NCBI GenBank assembly: GCA_015063385.1
Contig: SVUG01000005.1
Coordinates: forward strand, 5,043-69,042
Direction of reading: 5' to 3'
Source: Oscillospiraceae bacterium
GTDB taxonomy: Bacteria; Bacillota; Clostridia; Oscillospirales; CAG-272
Length of the DNA stretch: 64,000 nt
Position numbers and translations under genes: made by a program. How positions within the stretch are numbered: the first letter of the stretch is position 1; each line of letters opens with the position of its first letter. The notes under the pieces are model-generated. The model had not been told where the DNA came from, ran no database searches, and worked only from the letters and a program-made list of their open reading frames with translations. This document shows positions 51,533-61,269 of this stretch, piece after piece.

Positions 51533-52906
51533 TTACTGAATCATAGGAAGGCTTGCAGCCGCAACAGACTGTCCAACTCGTCTTGCCTTCTCGTCGGGAA
51601 TGTTGAGCGTCACCTTCTTTGCAAGCTCGGGGAACTCGGTAGAGAGAACCTCCTTTGCACGTTCAAGAAGAATTACACCGCCCTCGCCCGAGGTCACACG
51701 GCCCATAATAAGCACCTGCTTGATGTCGTAGAACTCGCAGTAGTATGCGATAGCGTAGCCGAAGTATGCACCTATGGTATCGTAGATTGCCGCAGCTCTC
51801 TCGTCGCCCTCCTTCATAAGCCCCTGAACAACCTTGAGCTTTTCTGCGGGAGAGAGGTTCTCGTCAAGCTCGATTCCTGCGAAGGGAGCAAGCTTGATTA
51901 CGCCGTCCTGCGAGAAGTACTTAACGCCACAGCCGTAGTCGCCAGACCATTCATCAACCATAGCGCCCTCGTTAAAGTCAACGGGAGCAAATGCAAGCTC
52001 GTTGAGCCAACCGGTGATATTTCCGTCCATATCAACGTAGCCGGCCGCCTCGGACGTACCCATAGCAACACCGAGAATACCGTTGTCGTTAAGGCTCATA
52101 GCGCCTGCGAGCGCGGTGACGTCACCGTCGTTTGCAACCTCGATAGGAATGTTCTCACCTATCTCGCGCGCTACGTCTATGTACATATTCTTAACCTTCT
52201 TCTCGAAGTCCTCATCACTTACCTTGAGGAAAAGAGAAGCAACCATTATCTTGTTATCAATGTAAACGCCTGCCGAGGAAACACCGATAGCGTCAACTCT
52301 GGGCATATGCGAAGCCGCGGTCTTCATCGCGTCGAGGATTCCCTCGTAGTGATAGTTTGGGTCGGAGTTAATCTTGGGGAACCAGACGACCTCCTCGGAA
52401 TAAACCGTCTCACCGTCAATTACTGCAGAAACCTTTCTGTCAGATCCGCCTGCGTCAAAGCCGATACGGCAGCCGCCAAGGTGTCTTCCAACAGGGCAAG
52501 CAGAGCTCTTCTCCTCGGGAGCATTCTCAAGAGAGGTAAGAATTACCTCAAAGGGCTCTTCGTAAACTCTCTCCATAAAGCGCACGTCGAAATCTCTAGA
52601 GCCACCGTGTGAGAAAGCATTCTTGATATATTCGCCGACAACCGCACTTCCTGCGATAGTAAGCTTAAATCCGCCAGCAACCCAAAGAAGAGTCTTTGCA
52701 ATTCTGTCGATAAACTTGCAGTTTATTTCATCATGACCTGTGTTGTCCTTGTAAATTCTGGTCTTGTATACCTTGGTATAGCCCTTATTTCTCTCAACTG
52801 CCACCACGATATCCTGTCCGTCAACAGCGCCCTCGCGCATTTCGCGGCATACGACGGACATAGGCTCAAAGCCTGCGTCGAGTTTTGCGGGAATTTTAAG
52901 CTTCAT
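51533..52906 (-). CDS. ASKHA-superfamily sugar kinase, ROK-like, with a roughly 130-aa N-terminal extension
   Basis: 457 aa. Phosphate-1 type block GCRIGFDAGGSDRK and an ROK-like core (IGVSSAGVYIDNK, GTSEAAGY). I could not find the ROK CxCGxxGC zinc motif. Confidence 0.6.
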   Translation of the reverse strand: MKLKIPAKLDAGFEPMSVVCREMREGAVDGQDIVVAVERNKGYTKVYKTRIYKDNTGHDEINCKFIDRIAKTLLWVAGGFKLTIAGSAVVGEYIKNAFSHGGSRDFDVRFMERVYEEPFEVILTSLENAPEEKSSACPVGRHLGGCRIGFDAGGSDRKVSAVIDGETVYSEEVVWFPKINSDPNYHYEGILDAMKTAASHMPRVDAIGVSSAGVYIDNKIMVASLFLKVSDEDFEKKVKNMYIDVAREIGENIPIEVANDGDVTALAGAMSLNDNGILGVAMGTSEAAGYVDMDGNITGWLNELAFAPVDFNEGAMVDEWSGDYGCGVKYFSQDGVIKLAPFAGIELDENLSPAEKLKVVQGLMKEGDERAAAIYDTIGAYFGYAIAYYCEFYDIKQVLIMGRVTSGEGGVILLERAKEVLSTEFPELAKKVTLNIPDEKARRVGQSVAAASLPMIQ

Positions 52907-54032
52907 ATTTAATCTTGCCTCCTATAATGGTCTTTTTTACATTGAAATCATTGTCCAAAATTACGATATCCGCGTCCTTGCCAACCGCAATCGAGCCCTT
53001 CTTATCTGCGATGCCAAGAGTAGTTGCAGGGTTAAGAGAGGCGCAGTTGACGCACTCGTTAAGCGGAATACCGGAATTCTTGTATATATTCCATACACCC
53101 TTATTCAGACGGAGAACGCTGCCCGCGATAGTGCCGTCCTCAAGGCGACAGATGTTGTCACGGTAGATAATCTTCGCGCCGCCGAGTGTATATTCGCCCT
53201 CGGGAAGTCCGCCTGCGGGAAGACAGTCGGTAATTGCGCACATTTTGCGTCCCTTGATCTTGTAAACCATCTCAAAGAGCGCCGCATTCACGTGATAGGT
53301 GTCAACTATAAGCTCACAGCTTACCTCAGACGCGAGAGCAGCACCAACAACTCCGGGTGCTCTGTGCGTCATAGGAGTCATAGCGTTAAAGAGATGTGTG
53401 GAGTGCTTTACGCCCGCCTTGGTGGAAGCCATAGCGGTCTCGTAATCGGCAGAGGTATGTCCCATAGAAACGACTACTCCGCTCTCTGCCATTTTTGCTA
53501 TCTCCGGGAAGCCCTCGCCGTCCTCCTCGGGCGCAAGGGTGATAATCCTGATTACGTCACTGTTTTTCTTCACGAAATCAGCATCGGGCTTGAGTATGTA
53601 TCTCTCGTCCTGCGCACCTTTTTTAGAAGCGGAAATGAACGGGCCCTCAGCGTGAACACCGAGAATGGTCGAGCCGTCGAAATCCTCCTCTTGCATAAGC
53701 GCACGGCAAACGTCAATAGCACCCTGCACGGTATTTATATCAACCGTCATAGTTGTGGGAAGATATCCCGTCACGCCGTTTTCCAGGAGTCCCTTTGAGA
53801 TTATTCTCATGCTCTCCTCGCTCGCGTCACACACGTCACGGCCAAGATAGCCGTGAATATGAAGCTCTATAAGTCCCGGGGAAATATATCCGCCGGCAGC
53901 ATCTATAATTTCAGCATTAGCAGGAATATCGCATTCTGCAACTATTCCCTCGATTTTGTCTGTAATGAGAAGCGCCTTTCCCTCCTCTATTCCGTTTTCC
54001 AGAATAATTTTGCCGTTTTTGACTGCAATCAT
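52896..54032 (-). CDS. nagA: N-acetylglucosamine-6-phosphate deacetylase
   Basis: Motifs ELHIHG, HAEGPF, MGHTSA and THLFNAM. Start set at ATG 54032 (GGAGGCAAGGT upstream). The 3' end overlaps the kinase start by 11 nt. Confidence 0.9.
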   Translation of the reverse strand: MIAVKNGKIILENGIEEGKALLITDKIEGIVAECDIPANAEIIDAAGGYISPGLIELHIHGYLGRDVCDASEESMRIISKGLLENGVTGYLPTTMTVDINTVQGAIDVCRALMQEEDFDGSTILGVHAEGPFISASKKGAQDERYILKPDADFVKKNSDVIRIITLAPEEDGEGFPEIAKMAESGVVVSMGHTSADYETAMASTKAGVKHSTHLFNAMTPMTHRAPGVVGAALASEVSCELIVDTYHVNAALFEMVYKIKGRKMCAITDCLPAGGLPEGEYTLGGAKIIYRDNICRLEDGTIAGSVLRLNKGVWNIYKNSGIPLNECVNCASLNPATTLGIADKKGSIAVGKDADIVILDNDFNVKKTIIGGKIKYEA

Positions 54033-54101
54033 ACCTTGCCTCCGCAATTATTTTCTGACCTCACCATTTTGAATATGGAGAAGAATAGTACATCTTTTAT
54101 C

Positions 54102-54130
54102 ATTTTAATATATTTTTATTACCGTGTCAA
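54102..54130 (-). promoter_or_regulatory. sigma-A promoter of the nagA/kinase operon
   Basis: Minus-strand TTGACA (54130..54125), 17 nt spacer, TAAAAT (54107..54102). Confidence 0.6.
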
Positions 54131-54281
54131 GACATTTTTATAATTTCGCTTTAGTCATTATATAGAGGGGACGATTTTTTAAAAAAGACGTCCTTGGCAG
54201 TTTGCTAAAATGTGCTTTATACATCACCCAGTATTACCGCTGTGTATTGCAGATTTATTGTCGTTTTTTTAGGTTTTTACA

Positions 54282-55205
54282 TTATTTGTAAAGTTTACTT
54301 TGCAAATATGCTATTCTCGCGCCAACGGACGCCTTGGTGACGGGCGATTTTCTCACTATGTCGTAGCCGTGCATAGTGCCTAACGTTTCATTAAGAACCA
54401 CCTCCGAACCGCTCTGCTCCAGGAGCGTTGCATATTCCTTTGCCTCGTCGCGAAGCGAGTCAAACTCGGCAGTTTCCACATATGCATCGGGAAGCCCCTC
54501 TAGGCTTTTCGCCTCAGCAGGCGAAGCATATGCTATATCCTCGCCGTCGTACCCCTGAAGATATCCCTGCCACATCATTTTTGAGAGCGTCGAATTCCAC
54601 ATCGGCGCATCGGTCATAAGGCGCGAGGACTCACTCGTCATACGGCGGTCGGTGACGGGATAAACAAGCATCTGACAGGTAGGTAAAACCTCACCTCTGT
54701 CGCGCGCCATTTGTGAAACGACGGCAGCAAGATTTCCGCCCGCGCTATCTCCTCCAACGGCAATTCTCGTTTTATCTATTCCAAGCAAATCAGCGTTGTC
54801 AAGCGTCCATTTGTAAGCTGCAAAGCAATCCTCTGGTGCCGTCGGGAACGGATGTTTTGGTGCTAGCCTATATTGCGCGAAAACCAGCTTGCACGGAGTA
54901 CCCAGAGCATATTGCTTTGATATTTTATAATGATGACCCGCGCCGCCAAAGAAAAATCCGCCTCCGTGATAATATACAAGGCAAGGCGCCGGTTCTCTGA
55001 TTTCCCTTGGCGAGAAAACGAGAATTTCAATCTCCTCGCCCTTGTATCCGCCTATTTTTTCTCTTTTTACCGATATTTCTTTATCGTGAAAAATCCATCT
55101 CGGAACAGGCATAAGCGAGCCGAGAAAGCCTGCAAGTCGAGGACTCCTTATCGGCATTGAAATTTTTGAAAACGGAAAAAACTCCTTGTTTATATTGTAT
55201 TTCAT
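54282..55205 (-). CDS. alpha/beta hydrolase, HSL-type esterase/deacetylase
   Basis: 307 aa. Oxyanion block YYHGGGF and nucleophile block GDSAGGNLA. Confidence 0.85.
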   Translation of the reverse strand: MKYNINKEFFPFSKISMPIRSPRLAGFLGSLMPVPRWIFHDKEISVKREKIGGYKGEEIEILVFSPREIREPAPCLVYYHGGGFFFGGAGHHYKISKQYALGTPCKLVFAQYRLAPKHPFPTAPEDCFAAYKWTLDNADLLGIDKTRIAVGGDSAGGNLAAVVSQMARDRGEVLPTCQMLVYPVTDRRMTSESSRLMTDAPMWNSTLSKMMWQGYLQGYDGEDIAYASPAEAKSLEGLPDAYVETAEFDSLRDEAKEYATLLEQSGSEVVLNETLGTMHGYDIVRKSPVTKASVGARIAYLQSKLYK

Positions 55206-55217
55206 AGCTAAACCTCT

Positions 55218-56078
55218 TTATTTGAATCTTTTTATAGGAAGAAGCATTCTTGTTTCATTTTTATACTCATCAAATCCCGGCTTGGCTGATTGTCTGCCAT
55301 CTGCAAGAGGAATACTGACAAAGAGGAAAAGCAGAGTATTTGCAGCCGCGCCAAGACAAAGAATTACTGCGCTCGAATCTGCAGAAATCACAGAAAGAGC
55401 TATTCCCCACCACATAAGTATCTCGCCGAGATAGTTCGGGTGGCGCGAGTGCTTCCAAAGTCCGCTTCTTATAAACGCGCCGTTTCGGTTCTTACGGAAC
55501 TTATGCATTTGCAGGTCTGCCACCCCCTGCATAATAGTAGCGGCAATAGATAGTAAAATACAAAATACGCTTGCACGCGTGGGTACAACGTCAAAGAGAA
55601 ATACATATGCCGCAGGCAGAACGCAACCCCAGACGACGAGCGTGGGAACCATATGTATACCAACAAAATTGATTATAGGATAAAAAACACCGGTTTTTTT
55701 CTTTAACATCGTATAACGCCAGTCCTGATGTGAAAGATTCGGGAAAGTGTACGCCCAATTAACCGTCAGACGAATTCCCCAGATATATACGACAAAAAGC
55801 AGCATTATGCGCATAGGCGTAAGCGCTTTGCCGACTGCGAGGGCCGTTAGTATTACTATCGGCTGGACGCTCCAATAGGGGTCGTATACCGAGGCGTTTG
55901 AAAAGATAAGGCTGAACGCAAAGGTGATCACGGTAGCCACTATGTCAGCAACGAGCAACCGCAGCCACCATTCAAAAGTAAGCGCATTATAGGTTAAAAC
56001 AGCAGCAACGGTTGCAATAACGTAAATTATCGTTATTATTATGTAGCTAATTGTACGATTTTCTTTAATTCTTCTCAT
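55218..56078 (-). CDS. DUF1295 membrane protein (steroid 5-alpha-reductase/ICMT-like fold)
   Basis: 286 aa, multi-TM. C-terminal RSGLWKHSRHPNYLGEILMWWG block. Confidence 0.8.
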   Translation of the reverse strand: MRRIKENRTISYIIITIIYVIATVAAVLTYNALTFEWWLRLLVADIVATVITFAFSLIFSNASVYDPYWSVQPIVILTALAVGKALTPMRIMLLFVVYIWGIRLTVNWAYTFPNLSHQDWRYTMLKKKTGVFYPIINFVGIHMVPTLVVWGCVLPAAYVFLFDVVPTRASVFCILLSIAATIMQGVADLQMHKFRKNRNGAFIRSGLWKHSRHPNYLGEILMWWGIALSVISADSSAVILCLGAAANTLLFLFVSIPLADGRQSAKPGFDEYKNETRMLLPIKRFK

Positions 56079-56235
56079 TTTCTTTCTTCTTGCTTCAGAG
56101 AATTTATTATAAGCTCTTGCTTTAAGAAATTATAACACCGTTAAGCAAAAATATCAAGTTTTTTGTCGATTTTTATTTAATGAGATTTCCACTCTTATAT
56201 ATTCTGAAAGTCAAAGCATTTTAGAAATTTAACGA

Positions 56236-56264
56236 TTGACATATTTTTCACCTTGTGCTACAAT
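56236..56264 (+). promoter_or_regulatory. sigma-A promoter of malQ
   Basis: TTGACA (56236..56241), 17 nt spacer, TGcTACAAT (extended -10). Confidence 0.65.
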
Positions 56265-56315
56265 GTTATATGTCTGAAAATACACAGTACATTTAATTCC
56301 AAAGCAGGACACGTT

Positions 56316-57827
56316 ATGAACACTTCACTCAAAAATTTTGGCTTCAGGAGAAAAAGCGGTATTCTGATGCCGATAAGCTCGCTTGCCTCTCCTTACGGCA
56401 TAGGCTCGTTTGGCAAGGAGGCTTACGATTTCGTAGATTTTCTCGTTGAAACGGGAACAAAATGCTGGCAGGTTCTGCCGCTTAACCCTACATCGTACGG
56501 TGACAGCCCATATCAGTCACCCGCATCTGTGGCGCTTAATCCGTATTTTATCGATCTCGAAATATTGAGAAAAAAGGGACTGCTCGCAAAAGCGGAGCTT
56601 GCCGTAGCAAAAAATTCTTCAAAAAAGGTTGATTACGGTTGGCTTTTCAACACGAGATATGACATACTCGCTTTGGCACACCGCCGTTTTCTCGAAACAG
56701 ACGGTCATAAGAATGCAGAATATAAGCGCTTTATCAGAAAAAACTCGGCTTGGATAAACGATTATTCCTTGTTTATGGCACTTAAGGTGCATTACGGATA
56801 TTCAAAATGGACCTCCTGGGAAGAAAAGCACAAGGATATAAGCTCTGCCCGTGATTCAAGAGCAGATTTTGCCGATGACTGTGCTTTCTTTGAGTGGATA
56901 CAGTTCGAGGCTTTCACACAGTGGCATGCGCTCGTCGAATATGCGCACGAAAATGGAATTCTTATTATTGGTGATATGCCGATTTACGTCGCGCACGACT
57001 CGATGGACGTTTGGAGTGCTCCGGAGCAATTCTTGCTCGACGGTGAATTCAATCCCACCGTCGTTGCAGGCTGTCCCCCCGACGGATATTCTCCCGACGG
57101 TCAGCTGTGGGGCAACCCTATTTATAACTGGGATTTGATGAGCAAGGACGGCTTTACTTGGTGGAAGAAACGCGTAGGTATGAGCTTCGAGCTCTACGAT
57201 ATCCTCCGCATAGACCATTTCAGAGGATTTGCAGGATATTACAATATTCCATACGGAGAGCCGACCGCCAAGAACGGAAAGTGGGACTCTGCTCCCGGTA
57301 TTGAGCTGTTCCGAGAAGTTAAAGAGGCGTTCCCAAAGGGCAAAATTATTGCCGAGGACCTTGGACATATAACACCCGACGTGCGCGCGCTTCTTGAAAG
57401 CACGGGATTCCCGGGAATGAAAATGCTCCAGTTTGCCTTTTTCGACGACAACAGCGAGTATCTTCCCCGCACCTATGCTACGGAAAACTGCGTATGTTAT
57501 CCCGCAACGCACGATTCGGATTGCATAAGAAGCTGGTGCAAGGGACTTTCGGGTGATACGAGAAAGCGATTCAATAAGGAGTGTCCGCACGTAAAAGGAC
57601 AAAGCAGGACATTCGACCTCATTGAGCTTTCTCTCTCAAGCAAGGCTAATTTAACCGTCGTTCCGATGCAGGACTACCTCGCTCTTACGAACTTTGAGGG
57701 ACGAATGAACACCCCCTCCAAGCCCGACGGCAACTGGACCTGGCGCATAAGCCAGAGATACCGCACGTCAACGCTTATTGAAAAAATCAAAAGCATTACC
57801 ACTCGCACACACCGTGCAACCAAATAA
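56316..57827 (+). CDS. malQ: 4-alpha-glucanotransferase (GH77 amylomaltase)
   Basis: Motifs YGDSPYQSPAS, LRIDHFRGF, IIAEDLG and YPATHDS. Start set at ATG 56316 (MNTSLKNFGFRRKSGILMPISSL); the track ORF starts at 56253. Confidence 0.9.
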   Translation: MNTSLKNFGFRRKSGILMPISSLASPYGIGSFGKEAYDFVDFLVETGTKCWQVLPLNPTSYGDSPYQSPASVALNPYFIDLEILRKKGLLAKAELAVAKNSSKKVDYGWLFNTRYDILALAHRRFLETDGHKNAEYKRFIRKNSAWINDYSLFMALKVHYGYSKWTSWEEKHKDISSARDSRADFADDCAFFEWIQFEAFTQWHALVEYAHENGILIIGDMPIYVAHDSMDVWSAPEQFLLDGEFNPTVVAGCPPDGYSPDGQLWGNPIYNWDLMSKDGFTWWKKRVGMSFELYDILRIDHFRGFAGYYNIPYGEPTAKNGKWDSAPGIELFREVKEAFPKGKIIAEDLGHITPDVRALLESTGFPGMKMLQFAFFDDNSEYLPRTYATENCVCYPATHDSDCIRSWCKGLSGDTRKRFNKECPHVKGQSRTFDLIELSLSSKANLTVVPMQDYLALTNFEGRMNTPSKPDGNWTWRISQRYRTSTLIEKIKSITTRTHRATK

Positions 57828-57919
57828 ATTTTAAGAGTACGTAGTACTCGCTGAATCAGTCACCATCAATTGACGTTATGATTATATAAATCTAATTCTT
57901 TCAAATAATTATGGCAAAG

Positions 57920-57953
57920 GAAAAGAGGCTGTCAAAAGACAGCCTCTTTTTTT
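57920..57953. terminator. bidirectional terminator between malQ and the 121-aa gene
   Basis: AAAAGAGGCTGTC-AAAA-GACAGCCTCTTTTTTT. Confidence 0.8.
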
Positions 57954-57970
57954 GAGAAAACGCGCAAAAA

Positions 57971-58336
57971 TTATTTTGCGCTAAGCTCCATTACGGCGTT
58001 TTCTTCAGTCCATTCAAATGAAATGAAGTTCTTCACCACTAGCTTTGCCATAGCAATTTTAAAATCGAAAGACTTGCGGTCAAAATCCACAACCTTATCA
58101 CCGTCAACGTAGGTAAAGGAAATTTCCTCACCCTCACTAAGCACGCCCTCGGGAATGTTCTCCACGGGGTCCTCTATTGTGGAAAATATAGCGACGTTAT
58201 TCTGACGGCAGATTTCTCTGTCGTTCTTAATATATACGAGATCCACCTTTGCAAAAGCGATGAAGGTCAAGAGCACGAGCACAAGTGCAAGACAGGTGGA
58301 AATGATGCCTGCCGACATAGGTTTTTTGTTTTTCAT
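57971..58336 (-). CDS. hypothetical membrane-anchored small protein
   Basis: 121 aa. AGGAG RBS 8 nt upstream. One N-terminal TM (GIISTCLALVLVLLTFIAFA). Confidence 0.65.
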   Translation of the reverse strand: MKNKKPMSAGIISTCLALVLVLLTFIAFAKVDLVYIKNDREICRQNNVAIFSTIEDPVENIPEGVLSEGEEISFTYVDGDKVVDFDRKSFDFKIAMAKLVVKNFISFEWTEENAVMELSAK

Positions 58337-58505
58337 TTAGAGCACTCCTTTTATACAAGGGCTTATTTACCCTCGGTTCGAGTTTAATTTCTAAAATTAT
58401 TATAACATTAAGATTGTTAAAAGTCAATATACGAAAAATAAAATATGGGAGCAAATGTTATCTACACGACAAAACACTTTTTGGGTGAAAAAACCGTTTT
58501 TCTTA

Positions 58506-58534
58506 TTGACATTAATTATGTTTTAATATATAAT
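58506..58534 (+). promoter_or_regulatory. consensus sigma-A promoter of pflB with a roughly 190-nt structured leader
   Basis: TTGACA (58506..58511), 17 nt spacer, TATAAT (58529..58534). The leader contains AATTTTCAC-AAG-GTGAAAATT (58629..58649) and CCGTG-GCTT-CACGG. Confidence 0.65.
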
Positions 58535-58729
58535 ATAATAATGCACGCTGCTCGTGTATTTCACCTTTACGGCAAGTACGGACAACCGGGCATAAAATAT
58601 TTTTGCGAGTTGCCGTGGCTTCACGGTTAATTTTCACAAGGTGAAAATTTAAGGCGCGTAGATATAATGTTAACTTTATTGCAAATAATATAAGTAATTG
58701 TATTTGTAGAAAACAGAAAGGCAGAAAAT

Positions 58730-60838
58730 ATGAATTATAAATACGATGGGTGGAAAGGCTTTGAAAGCGGAACCTGGGTTAATGAAATAAACGTACGAAG
58801 CTTCATCCGCCATAACTATACACCTTACGACGGAGATGAATCCTTCCTCTCAGATGCTACCGAAGATACCCTTGCGCTCTGGGAACAGGTAATGGAGCTT
58901 TCCAGACAGGAAAGAGAAAAGGGCGGCGTGCTCGATATGGATACGAGAGTCGTATCTACCATTATCTCTCACGGCCCCGGTTATCTTGACAGAGAGAAGG
59001 AAAAGATAGTCGGCTTCCAAACGGACAAGCCCTTCAAGCGTGCGCTGATGCCATACGGCGGTATCCGTATGGCAGAAAAGGCGTGTGCCGACCACGGCTA
59101 CTCCATTGACCCCGGTGTGAAGGAATTTTTCACTCTTCACAGAAAAACGCACAACGCCGGGGTTTTCGATGCATACACCCCAGAAATGAGAGCCTGCCGT
59201 TCCAGCCATATCATCACCGGACTTCCCGATGCATACGGCAGAGGCAGAATTATAGGCGACTACAGACGAGTTGCACTTTACGGAGTCGACCGCCTTATCG
59301 CTGACAAGGAGGAACAGAAGCGCACTACTCGCTCGGCTATGTACTCTGACGTTATTCGTGACAGAGAGGAGCTCTCCGAGCAGATAAGAGCGCTCGGCGA
59401 CCTCAAGACTATGGCGCTCAGCTACGGATATGATATTTCCGAGCCCGCACGCGACACGAAGGAAGCTATTCAGTGGCTTTACTTCGGTTATCTTGCAGCG
59501 GTTAAGGAGCAGAACGGTGCGGCAATGTCGCTCGGCAGAACCTCGACGTTCCTCGATATATATGCAGAGAGGGATATCAAAAACGGTGTTTACACCGAAA
59601 GGGAAATTCAGGAGCTGGTTGACCAGTTTATCATGAAGCTGCGCCTTATAAAATTTGCAAGAACCCCTGAATATAACGCGCTCTTCTCGGGCGATCCGCA
59701 GTGGGTGACGGAGTCCATCGGCGGTGTCGCTATCGACGGTCGACACATGGTCACCAAGATGTCCTACAGATACCTTCACACGCTCACAAATCTTGGTCCT
59801 GCACCCGAGCCCAACCTCACGGTGCTTTGGTCAACGAGACTTCCTGCAGCGTTCAAGAGATACTGCGCGAAAATGTCTATTGAAACCTCGTCTATACAGT
59901 ATGAAAACGACGATTTGATGCGCTTTACCCACGGTGACGATTACGCTATCGCCTGTTGCGTATCATCTATGAGAATCGGCAAGGAGATGCAGTTCTTCGG
60001 TGCAAGAGCCAATCTTGCAAAATGTCTGCTGTACGCTATCAACGGCGGTATTGACGAGATAACGGGTAAGCAGGTTGGTCCTGAGTATCGCCCGATAACC
60101 TCTGAATATCTTGATTACGACGAGGTTATGTCTAAATACGACGCTATGATGGAATGGCTTGCAGGCGTTTACGTCAATACGCTGAACATCATTCACTATA
60201 TGCACGATAAATATTGCTATGAGAAGATTCAGATGGCGCTTCACGACAAGGACGTCACTCGCTGGTTCGCCACGGGAATCGCAGGACTTTCGGTCGTAGC
60301 CGACTCGCTTTCAGCCATTAAATACGCGCGCGTTAAGGTAATCAGAAACGAGGCAGGCATCGCAACCGACTACGAGGTTGAGGGCGATTTCCCCAAATAC
60401 GGCAACGACGACGACCGAGTAGACAGTATCGCGTACGACATCGTGCACAGATTTATGGAGCACATTCGTAAAAATCACACCTATAGAGGCGGAATTCATA
60501 CTACCTCTATTCTGACAATTACCTCAAACGTCGTTTACGGCAAGGCAACCGGTGCAACCCCCGACGGCCGTAAGAGAGGCGAGGCGTTTGCCCCGGGTGC
60601 AAACCCCATGCACCGCCGTGACACCCACGGTGCAGTTGCATCTCTGGCATCGGTAGCCAAGCTTCCCTTCAAGGATTCACAGGACGGCATTTCCAACACC
60701 TTCTCGATTATCCCCGGTGCACTCGGAAAGGACGACCGTATTTTCGCAGGTGATATTGGAATTGACATAGATTGCGCAGATGGTGCTTGCGCCATTCCCA
60801 CTCTCTTTGAGGGCCTTGACGCAGACGGAGAGGTGTAA
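58730..60838 (+). CDS. pflB: pyruvate formate-lyase, catalytic body lacking the glycyl-radical domain
   Basis: 702 aa. Motifs [25 protein letters not shown], catalytic IACCVS, and [24 protein letters not shown]. It then runs into an unrelated 33-aa acidic tail and stops. Confidence 0.9.
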   Translation: MNYKYDGWKGFESGTWVNEINVRSFIRHNYTPYDGDESFLSDATEDTLALWEQVMELSRQEREKGGVLDMDTRVVSTIISHGPGYLDREKEKIVGFQTDKPFKRALMPYGGIRMAEKACADHGYSIDPGVKEFFTLHRKTHNAGVFDAYTPEMRACRSSHIITGLPDAYGRGRIIGDYRRVALYGVDRLIADKEEQKRTTRSAMYSDVIRDREELSEQIRALGDLKTMALSYGYDISEPARDTKEAIQWLYFGYLAAVKEQNGAAMSLGRTSTFLDIYAERDIKNGVYTEREIQELVDQFIMKLRLIKFARTPEYNALFSGDPQWVTESIGGVAIDGRHMVTKMSYRYLHTLTNLGPAPEPNLTVLWSTRLPAAFKRYCAKMSIETSSIQYENDDLMRFTHGDDYAIACCVSSMRIGKEMQFFGARANLAKCLLYAINGGIDEITGKQVGPEYRPITSEYLDYDEVMSKYDAMMEWLAGVYVNTLNIIHYMHDKYCYEKIQMALHDKDVTRWFATGIAGLSVVADSLSAIKYARVKVIRNEAGIATDYEVEGDFPKYGNDDDRVDSIAYDIVHRFMEHIRKNHTYRGGIHTTSILTITSNVVYGKATGATPDGRKRGEAFAPGANPMHRRDTHGAVASLASVAKLPFKDSQDGISNTFSIIPGALGKDDRIFAGDIGIDIDCADGACAIPTLFEGLDADGEV

Positions 60839-60860
60839 AATCTCGCCGAAATCAAGTATT

Positions 60861-60880
60861 TTGCAAACCAAAGTTTGCAA
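60861..60880 (+). other. perfect hairpin in the spacer between the two pfl pieces
   Basis: TTGCAAAC-CAAA-GTTTGCAA. No U-run follows. GAAAGGA RBS and ATG 60911 lie downstream. Confidence 0.6.
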
Positions 60881-60910
60881 TAACAGCAAAAAAACGAAAG
60901 GAACAATAAT

Positions 60911-61153
60911 ATGGCAGCAACAAAGGACCAGATAGATAATCTCGTTGCACTCCTTGACGGATACGTAGAAAAGGGTGGACATCACCTCAACGTAAACGTG
61001 TTTTCAAAGGAAACGCTTCTTGACGCACAAAAGCATCCCGAGAGATATCCTCAGCTCACAGTACGCGTCAGCGGATACGCCGTGAACTTTGTAAAGCTCA
61101 CAAAGGAGCAGCAGGACGAGGTTATTTCCCGTACCTTCCACGACAAAATATAA
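60911..61153 (+). CDS. stand-alone glycyl-radical domain (C-terminal part of PFL; GrcA/YfiD-like)
   Basis: 80 aa. [21 protein letters not shown]...[32 protein letters not shown] contains the RVSGYAV glycine-radical fingerprint. Confidence 0.9.
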   Translation: MAATKDQIDNLVALLDGYVEKGGHHLNVNVFSKETLLDAQKHPERYPQLTVRVSGYAVNFVKLTKEQQDEVISRTFHDKI

Positions 61154-61159
61154 TTCTTT

Positions 61160-61195
61160 GCAGGAAAGCCTTCGGACTTTCCTGCTTTGTTTTTC
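61160..61195 (+). terminator. rho-independent terminator after the glycyl-radical domain ORF
   Basis: GCAGGAAAG-8 nt loop-CTTTCCTGC followed by TTTGTTTTT. Confidence 0.8.
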
Positions 61196-61211
61196 AATTA
61201 TAACTTTATCC

Positions 61212-61240
61212 TTGAATAAATAAGTATTTTGTGATATAAT
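61212..61240 (+). promoter_or_regulatory. sigma-A promoter of the 312-aa gene/pflA operon
   Basis: TTGAAT (61212..61217), 17 nt spacer, TGaTATAAT (extended -10, 61232..61240). Confidence 0.6.
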
Positions 61241-61269
61241 TTATATATCCTAATTGTCACGGAGAAAAC

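Noticed and set aside
56190-56215. TGAAAGTCAAAGCA upstream of malQ as a cre (CcpA) site.
   Set aside because: It lacks the central CG and the 3' half-site symmetry of the cre consensus.
58445-58630. 61-aa plus-strand ORF upstream of pflB.
   Set aside because: It contains the consensus pflB promoter (58506..58534) and the structured leader. There is no RBS.
58629-58649. AATTTTCAC-AAG-GTGAAAATT in the pflB leader as a Rex (redox repressor) operator.
   Set aside because: The half-sites are in the opposite arrangement and spacing to the TTGTGAA-N-TTCACAA consensus I recall. It is more simply an RNA hairpin.
60738-60914. The roughly 177-nt interruption of pflB as a self-splicing intron or intein.
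   Set aside because: It is shorter than I would expect for a group I or II intron. It contains a stop, an RBS and an in-frame ATG that give two clean ORFs. It has no intein blocks and is not in frame. I could not fold it rigorously, so an RNA covariance-model scan would settle this.
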